The notes under the pieces are model-generated. The model had not been told where the DNA came from and made no database searches. It worked only from the letters and a program-made list of their open reading frames with translations. Position numbers and translations under genes: made by a program. Shown piece by piece: positions 23,441 to 36,560 of a DNA stretch of 64,000 nucleotides. The stretch lies in contig MU058198.1 in assembly GCA_013265495.1 (NCBI GenBank), positions 6,091,779 through 6,155,778 on the forward strand. Direction: 5' to 3'. Position 1 is the stretch's first letter; each line of letters begins with the position of its first letter. The DNA is from Vicugna vicugna (taxonomy: Eukaryota).

Positions 23441-23636
23441 GGCCCCTCATGTGTCAACTAAACTGCTATTTGCTTGCGACAAACCCACATCAGCCCAGTC
23501 CTAAGCAGTGACATACCTAAAAACTACAGGTTTGGGTCACTTGTTCTGTTTTTTTCTAATGTTCTTTAATACAAATATATGACTGTTAATATTTTAAAAG
23601 TTAAATCAGGTAGCAACTAAAATCATTTGGAATCCT

Positions 23637-24045
23637 GTATTCGTTTCCTGGGGGCTGCTGCAACAAGAGCCACGATCTGATTGGCTTAAACAATAGGAAG
23701 TTATTGTCTCACATTTCGGGAGGCTGGAGAGTCCAAGATCAAGGTGTCAGCAGGGCCATGTTCCTTCTGAAGGCAGTAGTGTTGAACCTGCTCCAGGCTT
23801 CTCTCCTAGCTTCTGGTAGTCCCTTGTCTTGTGGCAACGTACCTCCCACCTCCACATGGTGCTTTCCTCTGCGCACATCTGTCTCTGTGTCCAAGTTCTC
23901 CCTATTTATAAGAACACTGGTCATATTGGATGGAGGCCCACCCTAATGAGCTCATCTTAACTCGATCATCTGTACCTACCCTATTTCCAAATAAAATCAC
24001 ATTCACAGGTACCAGGGCATTAGGACTCCAAGTCAACCCATCACA
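23637..24045 (-). mobile_element. MLT1B/C-type solo LTR
   Basis: tgtattcgtttcctgggggctgct...ggcttaaacaa...tccaagatcaaggtgtcagcaggg...ccctatttccaaataa..tcacattc. Confidence 0.85.
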
Positions 24046-24974
24046 CACGCCTTCATGTACAGCATTTGGAGAAGAGCTTAATTCACTAACTTGTAATCTT
24101 CCTTTCTCCAAGAAGTTCTGACATGTTCTAACAAATCATGTGGTACAAGAAGACTTGAACAAATATGTGAGGAAATGAGGGGGAAGAGAAAACAAGAGTG
24201 GGAACAATAAGATGGTGGCAGGGGGTGAACAAATGAATGCCAGAGGGGGTACCACTTGTGACTCTGAGCTTCCCAGCCACCACAGCAAAGAAGCATGCAT
24301 TCATATAAACAATGCGTGTCACTGGGTCCATCCGATAAAAATCAGATTACCAACTGTCCTGGCACTTGGTTCTTAGTTTGTCCCATTGGTCCCCTTAAAG
24401 AAGACACTGTTTGAAGTGGTGGAATCCTCATTTTGAACAGGTTTGGAGCTCAGCCTTTATCTGTTAAATATACGTGGTTCCTACACAAGCCAAATTTGAA
24501 GAAAGTTGAAAACCATGGCACTGTCACCACCCTCACACTGAAGTGGGATTACACTGGAGCCACATGTCATACGGGGATGAGGTGCTATAGGTCAAACAAA
24601 GTGCAAGTGGCTAATGTTACCCTTGGAAATCCCTCAAAATGATGATCAAATGTAGCCTGTGTAGTTCTAGCTAGAAAACCCCCTGTAGACGTATCATCTT
24701 TCCTTAAGCCCAAGAGAGTCATTGCTCCCCCAGGGCAGAAACAATCACAGCTTCTTGGCCCAGCTCTGAATGAAGCAGATGGCTTTCTTTAGGGTGTGGG
24801 TTGTAGGGAAGATGTGTTTTAAGCACTGGCATGATCCTGAGGTCACTAGAATGTTCATACAGCCAGAGACACAGGACCCTGAGACTTCCTAAGAGGACAG
24901 AGGAATCAAACCAGCTCACCCTCTTCCCAGAAGAATCTGGACTCCTTAGATCCTTTACTAAGGGGGGAATGTCT

Positions 24975-25720
24975 TTTGGGGGGACATAGAAAATCAGCCT
25001 TTTTATATCTTCCTGATGAATTGAACATTTTATCACCATGTGTCTCTTCTTTGCTCTAAAATAATGCTTTTGCCTTAAAGTCAACCTGCTTTTTTTGGTT
25101 AGTGTTTATGTGGTGTATCTTTTTTCATCCTTTAATTTTCAAACTTTCTGCATCCTTGCATTGAGGTTTGTCTCTTGTAAACAGCATGTAATTGGTTTTT
25201 ATTTTTATCCTCTAACAATCTATGTGTTTTAATGGGCACATTTAGTCCATTTACATTTAATGTAATTGCTGATATATTTGAGTTTAAATCTGCCATCTTA
25301 TTGTTTGCTTTTTATTTGTTCCGCCTGTTTTATGTGCCTCTTTCTCTTCTTTCTTGCCCTGTTCTGAACTGATTGCTTTGTGTTATTCCTCTTTTTTCTT
25401 CTCTATTAGCTTGTTAGTTATACATTCTTTTATTATTCTTTTAGTCATTACCAGAGATTGCAACATGCATTCTTGACTTATTTGAGTCTACTTTAAATTA
25501 GCAAGTTTACCGCTTCTCATTCAGTGGAGAACTTACAACTCTGTAACTCCATTTACTCCCTTCCCAATTTAAATGCTATTATTGTCATGCATTTTAATTC
25601 TCTGTAGATCATAAACCTCATTAGACATTATTATTATTATATTATTATTATTAAAATAGTCAAGAGTAATTTAGATTTGCCTAAATTGTTAACCTTTCTG
25701 TGCCCTTCACTCCTGGCTGC
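24975..25720 (-). mobile_element. Old L1M fragment (ORF2 endonuclease start)
   Basis: Minus-strand translation HMVIKCSIHQEDIKRLIFYVP resembles L1 ORF2 HYIMIKGSIHQEDITILNVYAP. Confidence 0.8.
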
Positions 25721-26504
25721 TTCTGGGTCACCCTGACTCTCAGACTGTAACCCCGAGTCTGTCAACAGCTCTGTTCAGTTTCTCAGCCTTCCAGGAGCTC
25801 TTAGAATCAGCAGCACTTTGAGGGGAAACACTTCCCAGGTGCTGGGTTCACCTCTCTGGGTTTCTCTTCTCCTGCCTATAACCCTTCACAGCCCTGTTCA
25901 CTTTCCATGCCTTCAAACAGATTTCTTTTTTCAAACAGATTTTTACCACACTGTTTGGTCCAAGTTTTCTAGCTGTATTCCAAGGAAGGATTGGTCTGGA
26001 TTAGCTGGTCTGCCATTACCAGATGTGTATCCTATTGCCTGCACTCTTAAAAGAGTTACATCTCTCCTTGCGCTTTTATCTTTGCCCAAGGTCATAAAAT
26101 TGACTTTGTGTCAATTAAATGGACATATGATGCAACTCCACGAGAGGGTAATTCCTCTCTGGCACTATAATTGTCCCTGGTGCTAATGAAAGGGCCTTAT
26201 GTCCTGGATTACTTTGGTCTCTATCAATAAGCCTTCCAGGAAACTTCCAGAGGCCTGTTGTCTTGTTGAGGATGAAAGAACATTAGTCTTTAATGCAGAA
26301 AGTTTACTGTCCAAGTTGTCAGAGTGCTCTAGGGAAGTGATATATCTGAACTGCTTTTCCTAGACAAGCTGCCAACCATGGAAATAAAGTAACACCCCTC
26401 AGCATGAGTGATTTAGAGGACCCTGACAGCCCTACACTTAGCATTTCTGTCAAGAAAACCTGCAGCAGAAAGACCATTCTGCCAAAGTCCAGAGTTTCAT
26501 AACA

Positions 26505-27200
26505 TATTAGTCAGTGTTCATTATTAATAGCAAGTGACAGAAATCCAAATTGGTTGAAGCAACAAAGGAAAACGTATTGCTCACAGACCTGAAAAGTCAA
26601 GGACTATAGATTTGGCTTCAGGCATGGTGGGATCCAGGTGCTCAGATGATGCAATCACAAGCAAGCTGTTTCTTCGTCATTTAACTCTACTTTCCTCTAG
26701 TCCAGTGGGTCTCAAACTTGAACATGCATCTGAGTTATTTGCAAAGAAAATTCAAACATTGTTGGCCCCCCAGCTGCAGTTTCTAATTCACTGCTTCAGG
26801 GTAGAGCCTAAATGTTTTAATTCCTAACAAGTTCCCAGGTGATACTGCTATTACTGCTCCAGGGACCACACTTTGAGAACCACATCTGTAGTCTCACACA
26901 TGACCCAGAGATGGTCTCTGGTGGCCCCAGGCTCCCTTATACCGACTTAACAAGCCCAGGGGAAAGAATCTGCTTCTCTCCTAATAGTTCTGGCAGAGTC
27001 CAAGCACCAGGTCTCCCCTCAACCGATCTCCAGCCTCTGCAGTCAGGGAGAGGCACCTGTGCTCCTGGGCCCAGGCAGGGCCAGGAGTGGGGTCAGAGCC
27101 AGATCCATCCAAACCATGTGGACTGTGAAGCGCGGAGAAGAGGTGGATCCCTGAAGGAAAACCTGGATGCCATGACAGTCAAGGTCGCTGGGAAGGCAAA
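26505..27200. mobile_element. Old MLT1-type LTR interrupted by MER5 (about 26702-26886)
   Basis: gcaagtgacagaaatccaa...ggcttcaggcatgg..ggatccagg; MER5 ends cagtgggtctcaaactt and cacactttgagaaccac. Confidence 0.65.
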
Positions 27201-28228
27201 AGCAGCCACTACTCATTTCATATAAAAATTTTGCTACGAATTTTTCAGAGGCTGAGTGTGAAGCAAAGGACTGTAATATGCAAGAGAAAAGAGTAGAAGT
27301 CATTTAGTCAGGGATGGGGAGAAGGGGGCTGACTCCCTTCCTTGAAAATCATTAAAAATCATGTGCATTCCTGGGCTCAGGAAGAGGCAGCAGCAGCAGG
27401 CTGAGTGTTAAGGATTACAGACAGCACCTGGCCATGGAGAGGCCCCCAGACAAGCTGTAGAGATGAGAAGAGCACAGGCCTTGACAAGCCAAGTGTATCA
27501 GCTATCTCTTGCTGCCTAATAATCCACCCCACGCTGTGGTGGCTTAAAGCAACAATGCTTTCATTATTACTGTGGGTGGGCTGGCTGGTTCCACAGTGAG
27601 CTCAAGGGTGCCTGGCTGGGTGGTCTCACACGGCCTCACTCAGTGTCTGGCGGGCCCATTGGCCTGAGGACCTTGGCTGGGACAACTCATCTCTGTTCCA
27701 CGTGGTCTCATTGTCCACCGCCTGGTGGTCTCCAGGCAGCAAGAGAGGACACGCCTCAGCGTGTAAGCGCTTTCTTAAGGCTCTGCTTGGTCATGACCGC
27801 TAAGGATCTTTTGGCCAAAGAAAGTCATTAGGCCAAGCCCCGCCAGAGAATAGACTCCGTTCACCTCTTGATGGTTGATGCTGCGGCGTCACAGTGCGAC
27901 ATGACACCTTGCAAGCGGGAGGGATCTGTGAACATTTGTCAAGGTCTCCTACACCGTGGGAAGCATGTAGCCTGATGAGGCTGAGCCAGGTTGAAGCGTG
28001 TGAAGGCATAGGAGGACTCACTCAGGTGTTGGCTGCTGGCCCCACATGCAGCCCCCTTCGCACCTCCTGGGTGGATTTTAGATGCAAGTTAAGAGCAGCT
28101 CAAGACAAGAGAGGGCTAAGTCAGCTATTTCCCTGGACTTTTCGCTGCACAAGATCATGCAGTTTCCAGGCTGACAGTGATGACCAGGAGCAGGGTGGGC
28201 ACTGTGGAAACTGGAGGGCTTATGCCCT

Positions 28229-28245
28229 GTCTGCAGGGGGCGCTG
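28229..28245 (+). promoter_or_regulatory. Candidate CTCF binding motif (intronic)
   Basis: GTCTGCAGGGGGCGCTG matches the CCASYAGRKGGCRS core with 5' deviations. Confidence 0.5.
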
Positions 28246-31200
28246 CTCCCCAGCTCATGATTGCCGCCTGGGAATGCCAGCAGAGGGCTGCCAGATCCTA
28301 TATTTTTCGAGAAACGCTGGGAATCCCAATTTTCAGGTGGATTTCTGGGGGTTTGTTTTTGTTTTGCTTTGTTTTAATTTAAATCTTGGCATCTGTCTCC
28401 AATTTTTAAAAAAATAGTAAAAGTCACACAGCACAGTCTGCAGGCTGGCTTGAGCCTGTATGTTGCTGGCCTGTGTTCTCTAAGCTAGACCCTTGTGAGT
28501 CTCAGATTTAATGTTTTGCCATTTCAGTGGATTCCCGGGTGACCTCAGAGGCCCCTGGCACGTGGGAAGGGGTCGTTTTGCTAAGGCTCTGAATTTGAGC
28601 TTCTCGAGTCACAGCTGGCAGGTGGGACAAGCCAGCCGCCTGGCTGGTGAGCCAACCAACAGCCCCGTGTCATCATATCTTCTTTGTGACATGTGCTGTA
28701 TTCATGGTAAATTTCCTGAATTGATATGCTGTTTTCATTTTTCTGCAAGAAAGCCAAGGTTTGGTGAAACAAAGAGAAAGTGAAGTTAACAGAAGAGGGG
28801 TGGTTTTACACCAGAAAAGAACAGTTTGGGATACATTAAAATGTACCATTTGGCTTTTACTGGTGGCACCGATTCATTGTGTGAATAAATCCACAGTTCT
28901 CCAGATCTGTGTTTAGAGTAAATCCACCCTCACGTGGTGCTCAGGCTGGTGCAGAAACAGCTCACCCAAGCGAGCCTGGAGAACTTCAAAAAGAGTTAAA
29001 AGGCAGCAACCTCGCGTGCCGTGGAGGAAACACACAGAAAATACAGCCAGGCAGCAGAGATGTGATTCAGGAGGACACGGCCACCATGTTTAGGCGTTTC
29101 TGGGAAACCGTGGGTGGGGACGTCTCGGGCAGTAGGGCTGCGGTGCTGACCTTCACTCGGAGAAAGGCTGATTTAATTTTTCAGAGCAACGTTTTAGCAT
29201 AATCTGACTCAAAGGGCACAAGCAGGACCCTATGATCATGTTGATTTGTGAGTATTCCCTCCCCAATGAAAGATGCTTGGGGCAGAAGGGTTTGTGCAGG
29301 CAGAACTGGCCCCCAATGGAAGAAAATGCTTCCTGGTTGTCCTCTTCCAAGAAGAGGTGAGTGTAGGGTTGTAGCAGCCGAGGACAGAGTGTTATCTTGG
29401 ATGCTCTGTTCCGTCCCAGCCCCAGCCCACTGAAGCATGAAAGGAAAGGGCTCTTGCTCACATGGTGGCAGTAAAAAGGCAGGGGTCACCACGCAGCAGC
29501 TCTTTTTGACTTTGTAAGCGCTCTATGCAGGAAATGCAGAAGGGGCATATGAATCTCAGGTTCTGCGTGTTCTGGGGCTGCCCGAGCCTTGCACCAGTGC
29601 TGGGGTTTGTACCCCCAGTGTCAGAGTGCTAGCACATGTGTTTAGCTTTACGCTAGATCTTAGTCCCTTTATTTATAGGATCTGCTCTAGGATCTGAAAG
29701 GGCATTGAATTTCTCAGTTCTGCTTTACGACAGATGGTGGAGGAAATAATGTATTTTAATGATATGCACAACTACCAAGACTGACAAGGTTCAGGATTGA
29801 AATCATTTTCCATCCATTCATTTGACAAAGATCGCAATCCTGGGAACCCTAAGTAAACGAGGTGGGCGTGGCCTCCTGAAGCCGCCTGAGGCCTATAGGT
29901 CTTACGTGGCCTTGAGGCCCCTTGAGAACCGAGAAGAGACCTCTCGGCCCTCGCTGCCCTGCCAAGCTTCACCTCACTCCCCGAGTCCAGGCCCCCTGCC
30001 CTTCCTCACTGTGCCAAGCTCCACCTACCTCAGGGCCTTGGCACCTGCTGCTCCCTTGGCCTGGAACGGCCTCCCCATATGGGTGTTCACGAGGCTCACT
30101 GCCTCCAGGTCTCCACTCAGATGTCACCTTCCCTAACCGAGCATCTGAAATAGTGTCCTTCATCTCCTGTCATCTCCAGACTGTACCCTGCTTGGTTTTC
30201 CTCCCTAGCCCCTGTCACCCACCACCGTCCTGTCCTGTGTGCACCTGACTGATCCGCGTCTGTCTCTGCGCTGGACTGTGAGGTCTGTGAGGATATGGTG
30301 TGCCTGTTCCAGCCACCTCTGTACCCCCACACCCAGACCAGCATCTCACCTCACAGCGCGGTGACAGTTGCAGTCACGAGCCTGGGTAATTAACACCGTT
30401 GCCTGGCAGGAGCCCCTGTGTTTCAGCTACCCTTGGGGTGAAGCTGTGCTGGTATTTCGGGATTCCTCAGTTCCAGCTCCAGGGGAGCTCAAGACCTCCT
30501 CTTTCCATTCATGCCCTTTTCCTGTCCGCCCAGGTGCTGCAGGGACCTGAGTGAGGAAGATTTCAGTGGCCTCACCACCCCTTGACCCACTGTGTTCCCA
30601 TAACAATGAGGATCCTCACCCCCATCAGCTTGTGAAACCAGCTCTTTCAACTCTCACCTTCTCACCCCTGGACTTGCAGAGCCAGGCCTCTTAGCTGATG
30701 AGGAAAGGGAAAAACAAGGAGAATTAAAGCAGCTTGACTGGGGAGAACAGAAAACCCCCGGGGCATGTTGCCGGCAGGGCCTTACACTCCTGTCCCCAGG
30801 AGCAGCACTGGAGCAGCGGCAAGAGTCCATCACAGTCAGGGAATGACCCACTGCTGTGATCGCCCAGGCCGGGCAGCCATCTGAAGGCACACAAGGGTTC
30901 CTCTGGGTGCCCTTGACTTTCCTGGGGGAGCAGCTTGGACTTGCTGTGGCCTGTATTAGACCAGCCCTTGGGTTCTGTTGGCCTCCGCATTTCTTAAAAA
31001 CTGGAATACTTTATGAACAAATAAAATTCAGGGGGATTTCATATAAATTTCAGGTTCTAGCTTTTCTCTGAACACAAAAATTGGCAGCGCTGGGAGCATA
31101 ACCCTCTCTGACAGGCATTGGCTAGAGCTGGGCAGGGGCTCCGCTGCATTTAGTCTCAGGCACTCAGAGTGCCTGTCCCAGGCTCTGGCCATTCACATTC

Positions 31201-31400
31201 AAAGCCCCTCTCCTGGGTGTCTGGCAGAAATTGGTGTCCCCTCATTTTAGCTTAGCTTCCCATAAAAACCCACAGCCCCCATCAACTCAGTGCCTGGCTA
31301 TACTGGACGCCAGCCAGTTGAGCTGCCCTGTGTTCCCCTCCCTCTCTTTCCAAAGGCATTCTTGGTGTTGCTATTTGAACCTCTCATTCAGATGCTGATT

Positions 31401-31510
31401 CTTTGTTTTTATTTTCTTTTTTAATTTTTTTTTTTAATGGAGGTACTGGGGATTGAACCAAGGACCTCGTGTGTGCTAAGCATGCGCTCTACCACTGAGC
31501 TATCCACCAC
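31401..31510 (-). mobile_element. tRNA-derived SINE, camelid Vic-1-like
   Basis: Reverse complement reads tagctcagtggtagagcgcatgcttagc...ggttcaatccccagtacctcc plus an A-rich tail (Pol III A and B boxes). Confidence 0.88.
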
Positions 31511-31779
31511 CTGCCTGACGCCAGTTCTAACAGAACGTAGCAGGAGGGTAAAGGGCTCCAACTGAATATCTAACAATCAACAGTGACTGTTTACTGAGGT
31601 CATGAGGACAGGAGGTTGTTGGTTTTCAACAAGCCTTTGCACCAGACCACATATATATATATATATATATTACCCTCAAGAAGGTATACCTGTCAATTCA
31701 CAGCTAGTTTGTTATTGGCCAACGTTAATGTCAATCTCTGACACTATTGTTAAAGGATGCAATCCAGTTGCCTATGTCG

Positions 31780-32640
31780 AATTCACACCTCCAGTCCAGA
31801 CCTCCCTCCCAAACGCCCCACTTGTTTGTATATGTGCCAACTTGACAGCTCCACCCTGATGCCAAATTCACATCTCTTGGATCCGAGCTGCCTCTGTTCT
31901 TCACTTCCAAACCTGCTCCTAACAGCCCTCCCAGCTCAACTGAAAGCACCCGTCATCTGCTTCCTCAGGCCAAAACCCTGGAGTCATCCTGGACCCCTCT
32001 CTTTCCATACCAGCCACATCTACTCTGTCGGGAAATCCTGTTGGCTCTGTCTGCAACATACATGTGGAATCTGACCACAACCCACCTCCCTCCTCCCCTG
32101 CCCCACACCTCTCACCTGGGTAATTGCAGGGGCCCCTGATTGGCCTCTCTGTTTCCCCCCTCACCTCCCTTCATTCCCTTCTCCACTCAGCACCTAAGCC
32201 TCAAGTCATCCCCTGCTTTAAAGCCTTCAGTGGCTCCCTATTTCACTCAGAGTAATGGCATTACAATGTCCTCCAAGGCCCTGCATGGCCCTTCCCACCC
32301 CTTCTCAGACCTCCTCTTAGCCTAACCCCCCCATCCCCTCCCCCTCCGTCAACCCCAGCCCAGGGCCCCCTGCTGCTCCTGGAACACACCACAGGCCTCT
32401 CACCTTGTGCTGGTGCCTGGACCATACTTCCCCGCCGCCCCGCTTTCCCCATCTCTGTTACTCAGCTCTGCTTTTCTTGTTTTTCCATATTAGTTTATGC
32501 CATCTAACACCCTATACTACGTTGTATTTCTCTGGCTGTTGCCACAAGGTTGGGACTCTTGATTTGTCTGCTCACTACTATGTCCCCAGTGCTGAGAACA
32601 GCGCCTGGCGGAGTGGCACTCACTAAATGTTTGCCGAAGG
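31780..32640. mobile_element. L2 LINE 3' region
   Basis: ctcaggccaaaaccctggagtcatcct...aaatcctgttggctct...tccccagtgctgagaacagcgcctggc...cactcactaaatgtttg. Confidence 0.85.
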
Positions 32641-33234
32641 GAAGAAATTTAGTAGGTAGAAGCCTCTTTACACATCCCAATAGAACCATTTTGGGCAGTT
32701 CTATTTTTAAATGGAGTTTTTGTTTTTGTTTTTTGTTTTTTAACAGAGAAAGAATCCAAACATAAGTAATTCAGAGAATATTATTGTCCCCCCTACATTT
32801 ATTACTTGGCTTTGGCAGTTGTCAGTTGATGACCAATTTCATCTGCAACCCCTCCCACTCCCCAGTGATTACGAAGCAAGTTCAAGTCATTGTATTTATC
32901 TGTAGATATTTTGGACTGCTTTTTCTTTTTATAGGCTGCATAGTATTCCATTGGGTGGGCATCCCATAATTTATTTGTATTCAATGAGCCTTATTGGGTA
33001 CTTTTTCATGTCACTTTCTACTTTATAAAATCAATTTTCCATTCATTAGAACTTCCAGAATCAACTACAGCTTTGCAATGCCTTTTTTTTTCTTTTTTCT
33101 GAAATTAAGTAATTTCTTGGTGATCCTTGTTACCCATGCAAAATCACAACAAAATAAAGCAAAAATTTTCCCAAATACCCATCCTTCTCCACAATATTCG
33201 GTATTATTCCCTTTAGGTACTTTGTTCTAGGGCT

Positions 33235-33840
33235 AATTTTTTACCTTTTTATTTCAATTTCAGACTTAAAGGCAAGTTGCAAGGATAGCACAAATGATAC
33301 TCCCGTATGCCCTTCACCCAGGCTCACCAGTTGTTAACATTTTGTCCCAACTGCTTTATATTTGCTCTGTGTGTGTATTTCTAAGTCATTTGAGATTAAG
33401 TTGTAGACGTCATCCCACTTTACCCTGAACTCTAAAGCACACGCTTAGCATGTACAAGGTTCTGGGTTCAATCTCCTGTACCTCCATTAAAATAAAAAAC
33501 CTAATTAAGCCCCCCAAAAATAATTTTTAAAAGAACGAGGACATTCATTGTACATTAACACAGTGCACTTATGTATGAAATTCAGGATGTTTGACATTAA
33601 TACAATGCTGTTATACAAGCTGTAGACTCTGTTCGGATTTCTCCACTTGCTACAATAATGTTCTTTACAGTGTTGTTTTCCCAGCCCATATCTGGTCCAG
33701 AATCGCCATTGTTGTTCAGGAGCCATGTCTGCCCCATCTTTAACCTGAGCAATTCTCTGGGCTCTCTGTGTCTTTCTTGACCTTGACGTTTCTGGAGAGT
33801 ACAGGCCAGTTGTACAGAATGTTTCCCAATTTGAGTCTAA
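33235..33840 (-). mobile_element. Old L1MC-type 3' fragment hosting a SINE insertion
   Basis: ccttcacccag.ctcacca.ttgttaacatttt...aagaacgaggacattc; similar remnants near 32700-32900 and 51945-52300. Confidence 0.7.
33434..33530 (+). mobile_element. 5'-truncated Vic-1-like SINE
   Basis: gcttagcatgtacaaggttctgggttcaatctcctgtacctccattaaaataaaaaaccta; B box present, A box missing; homologous to 31401-31510. Confidence 0.8.
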
Positions 33841-33903
33841 TAGATTTTGAGCTGAGCTCCAAGAATGCAGTCTAAAGGAGCACCTCCTGTTTTCTGCCCC
33901 CAG

Positions 33904-34076
33904 GACCTGGAAGCCGCCGAGACAGACCCCTGTCAGCAACCCGAAAACCTGTGCACGAGGCTGAGGACCGAAAGGAAGATGCCTCAGCTGTGCTCAGAGC
34001 CATCCAGGTGGAGAACGAGGCCCTGCAGAGGGCAATCTTCAGCAGAAAGGCCGAGGCCCCCACCAGCCCGCGGCAG
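33904..34076 (+). CDS. KATNIP: KATNIP coding exon C (173 nt, phase 1 to 0): (R)PGSRRDRPLSATRK...DASAVLRAIQVENEALQRAIFSRKAEAPTSPRQ
   Basis: Acceptor ttttctgcccccag|GA, donor CAG|gtgcgt; same frame as ORF 33951..34208. Confidence 0.95.
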
Positions 34077-35077
34077 GTGCGTTCTCGGGCAGCGGGAAAG
34101 GATGAAGGAGGACTCGGGCTGCTCGGGAACCAGGCGGTATCTAAGTGGTGCTTGCAAAGAGTACGTGGTGAGGAGAGAGAGGAGAGAGAGACGTGGAAGC
34201 TTCCCTGACCTCAGACCAAGCAGCTCGTTCCCTGCTCGATGCACAGCTGCTCACTGACCTATCAAAGTTCCCATTTCCCCAACTCCTTTCCATCTTTTGT
34301 TCCCTAAGTCTAAGTTGGATGCTAATATGCCTCCAGTCCTTGCTGATTTCCCCACAAACCCTGACTACCTTAGACTCGAGTTGCAGGCTGGTAGATCAGA
34401 GAAAGAATGGCACAAACAGCCAGCACTGGCTCCTTTGGAAAGAACTTCCCAGAGCATGAGCCCTTCCAGCTCCCACAGTCCCCACCACTCCCTAATGTCC
34501 TGCCCCAGCCTCGCTTCCCCTGCTCGGGAAACCCCTCTAGCCCTGTAGGTGTCTGAGTTAGTGCCCACTGCCCTCAGCTTTGAGCAACAAACAGGTGGAT
34601 GGATAGTGGGCAGAGTGGGGGCCCTTGGGGAGCTGGAGACCTTGGACATCCCTCAGTGTCCACGTCCTTTCTCAGGAGCATGTTCCCGGCTCACCTGTTG
34701 AAACCCATTTCCCGGCACTTGTGCCACTTGATGCTCACAGTAGCCCTGAAACAGGCAGGGCTGGTTTCATCACCCCGCTTTCTAGATGTGGCTGATGGTA
34801 CCCAGAGAATCAAGGTGGCTTTCCCACGGCATGTCTTTGGAAGTGGCCGAAGTCTGCCTGCCTGCAAGCCTAGGACCCCATCCGCACCCCCGGTCACCCC
34901 CCAGGCTCAGTTGTGGGCTCTTCTTTAGGGTCTTCTGTTGGGTGTTTCCCTGGAGCTCCGCCCTTTGCCCCTGACCTTTGTGTCTATGACTTCCAGACGG
35001 TCTGCACCTCCGTCAGTGAAGAGCGTGCAGTGAGTGGCTTTATTATGACCTCAGGTCATGTGATTCTATCATTCCAG

Positions 35078-35137
35078 GACACAGAAGGACCACTAGCAAA
35101 ATCTTGGGCCAGCCTGCTGAAGGAGGAGACCCCTGAG
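35078..35137 (+). CDS. KATNIP: KATNIP coding exon D (60 nt, phase 0 to 0): DTEGPLAKSWASLLKEETPE
   Basis: Acceptor tcattccag|GAC, donor GAG|gtcagt; resembles the DAEGPPAKPWTSLL segment of KATNIP. Confidence 0.88.
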
Positions 35138-36560
35138 GTCAGTGGAGGCTTGAGTGGACAGACCCCGGCAGTCTCCAGAGGGCTTCCCCACACGGTCCCA
35201 GCAGGTCCTCCCCGTGCCCCCTGAGCACGCCGTCATTCTGCCCACCTCACAGAGCAGGAGACCCAGGCTGGAGCAGGTCACCCAAGGGTAGGGGTGGAAG
35301 CCAGAACTCACCCAGGCCTGCTGACTCCATTTCCACATTACGTTTCTGTCTCATATCTACAAGATTACACAAAAACGGATCTTAGTATCCTAAATACATA
35401 AATTTTTATCTATTATCTACCTAGGTCAATTAGGCCTCTCTCAGCAAAGACAGCCCCGTAAAATATGGACGTGACTTAATTAAACCCCCGGGACTGTCTT
35501 TGTTAGACTGCGCACAAGTCTGTGCTGTGTGCTCAGAATACAGAGGGGCCAAGTCAGACCAGGTTACCCCTGGCCCCAGGGAGCTCGCAGACAACATACA
35601 GGGAAAGCTGTGCATCAACTAAGTGGCTTTAGAGGGAGATGGCTATAAAAGGTGCTAATGGGCGAGAGAGTGATGGGGAGGTGGATGGTGGCTACTCCCC
35701 ACAGGGTGGTCCAAGAAGGCCCCTCGGAGGGCATCCCATTTGAATGGAGCCCTTCTATTTAAAAAGGAGCAAGGCAGCAACAGGGAACAGCATTCCAGGT
35801 GGAAGGAACAGGGGGAACGGGGAAAGTGTTGAAATGGGAATGAGCCTGGCCTGCACCAGGAGACACATGGAGGAGAAAGTTGAGGCGGACGGGGTAGAGA
35901 GTGGGAAACTGGAGAGAACGCCCATGGGATAGAGTGAGGGGCAGGGAAGCATCCCAGAGCACTGCAGTGGTCTGCTTTTCTTATTCCTCCTACTTTTTCT
36001 GCTAATTCCTGGTCATCTTAAACTGTCACCAGCCAGTATCTCAGACAAGTTTGCCACACTGCCCACTCTGTGGTCCAGGATTCCTAGATGACCTGACTGA
36101 CCCCTGACTCACAGAGCTTCCAATGACTGAAATTATTTGCAGAGAGAGAATAGAGCACATTTCTCGTTTAGGTGATCAATGAAAAAGAAGGGGGAAAGTC
36201 TTGGAGGATTAAAAATAAAAGAATCTAATGTTTCTGGAATTCTCAACGGAGCCCGCTCCTTTGTAGCAAACAGAACAGAGGTTCACTGGCGATGGGGAAA
36301 GGCTTTGATGAGAGAAGATTTTTTCAATAGCTCGTTGAAGCAGACTATTTCCTGGGACCCCCCAGATCATGGGAAACTGAGATCCCATCTTTGGGACAGG
36401 ATTCTAGATCTCATCAGCCCAGACAGTCACTGTCACTTTCACTCCTGTTCCCAGTTTCCCACAACAGGACCGATGGCCTGCGAAGTGTACCTTTGACCAT
36501 GACTTGGGCCAGGAGTGTCCCCCGGACATCTGTTTAATTCGTGTTTCCATCCTCCCTTAG

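Noticed and set aside
31440..31505. tRNA-like sequence
   Set aside because: Has an A-rich tail, a second truncated copy at 33434 and no clean cloverleaf, so it is a SINE rather than a tRNA gene.
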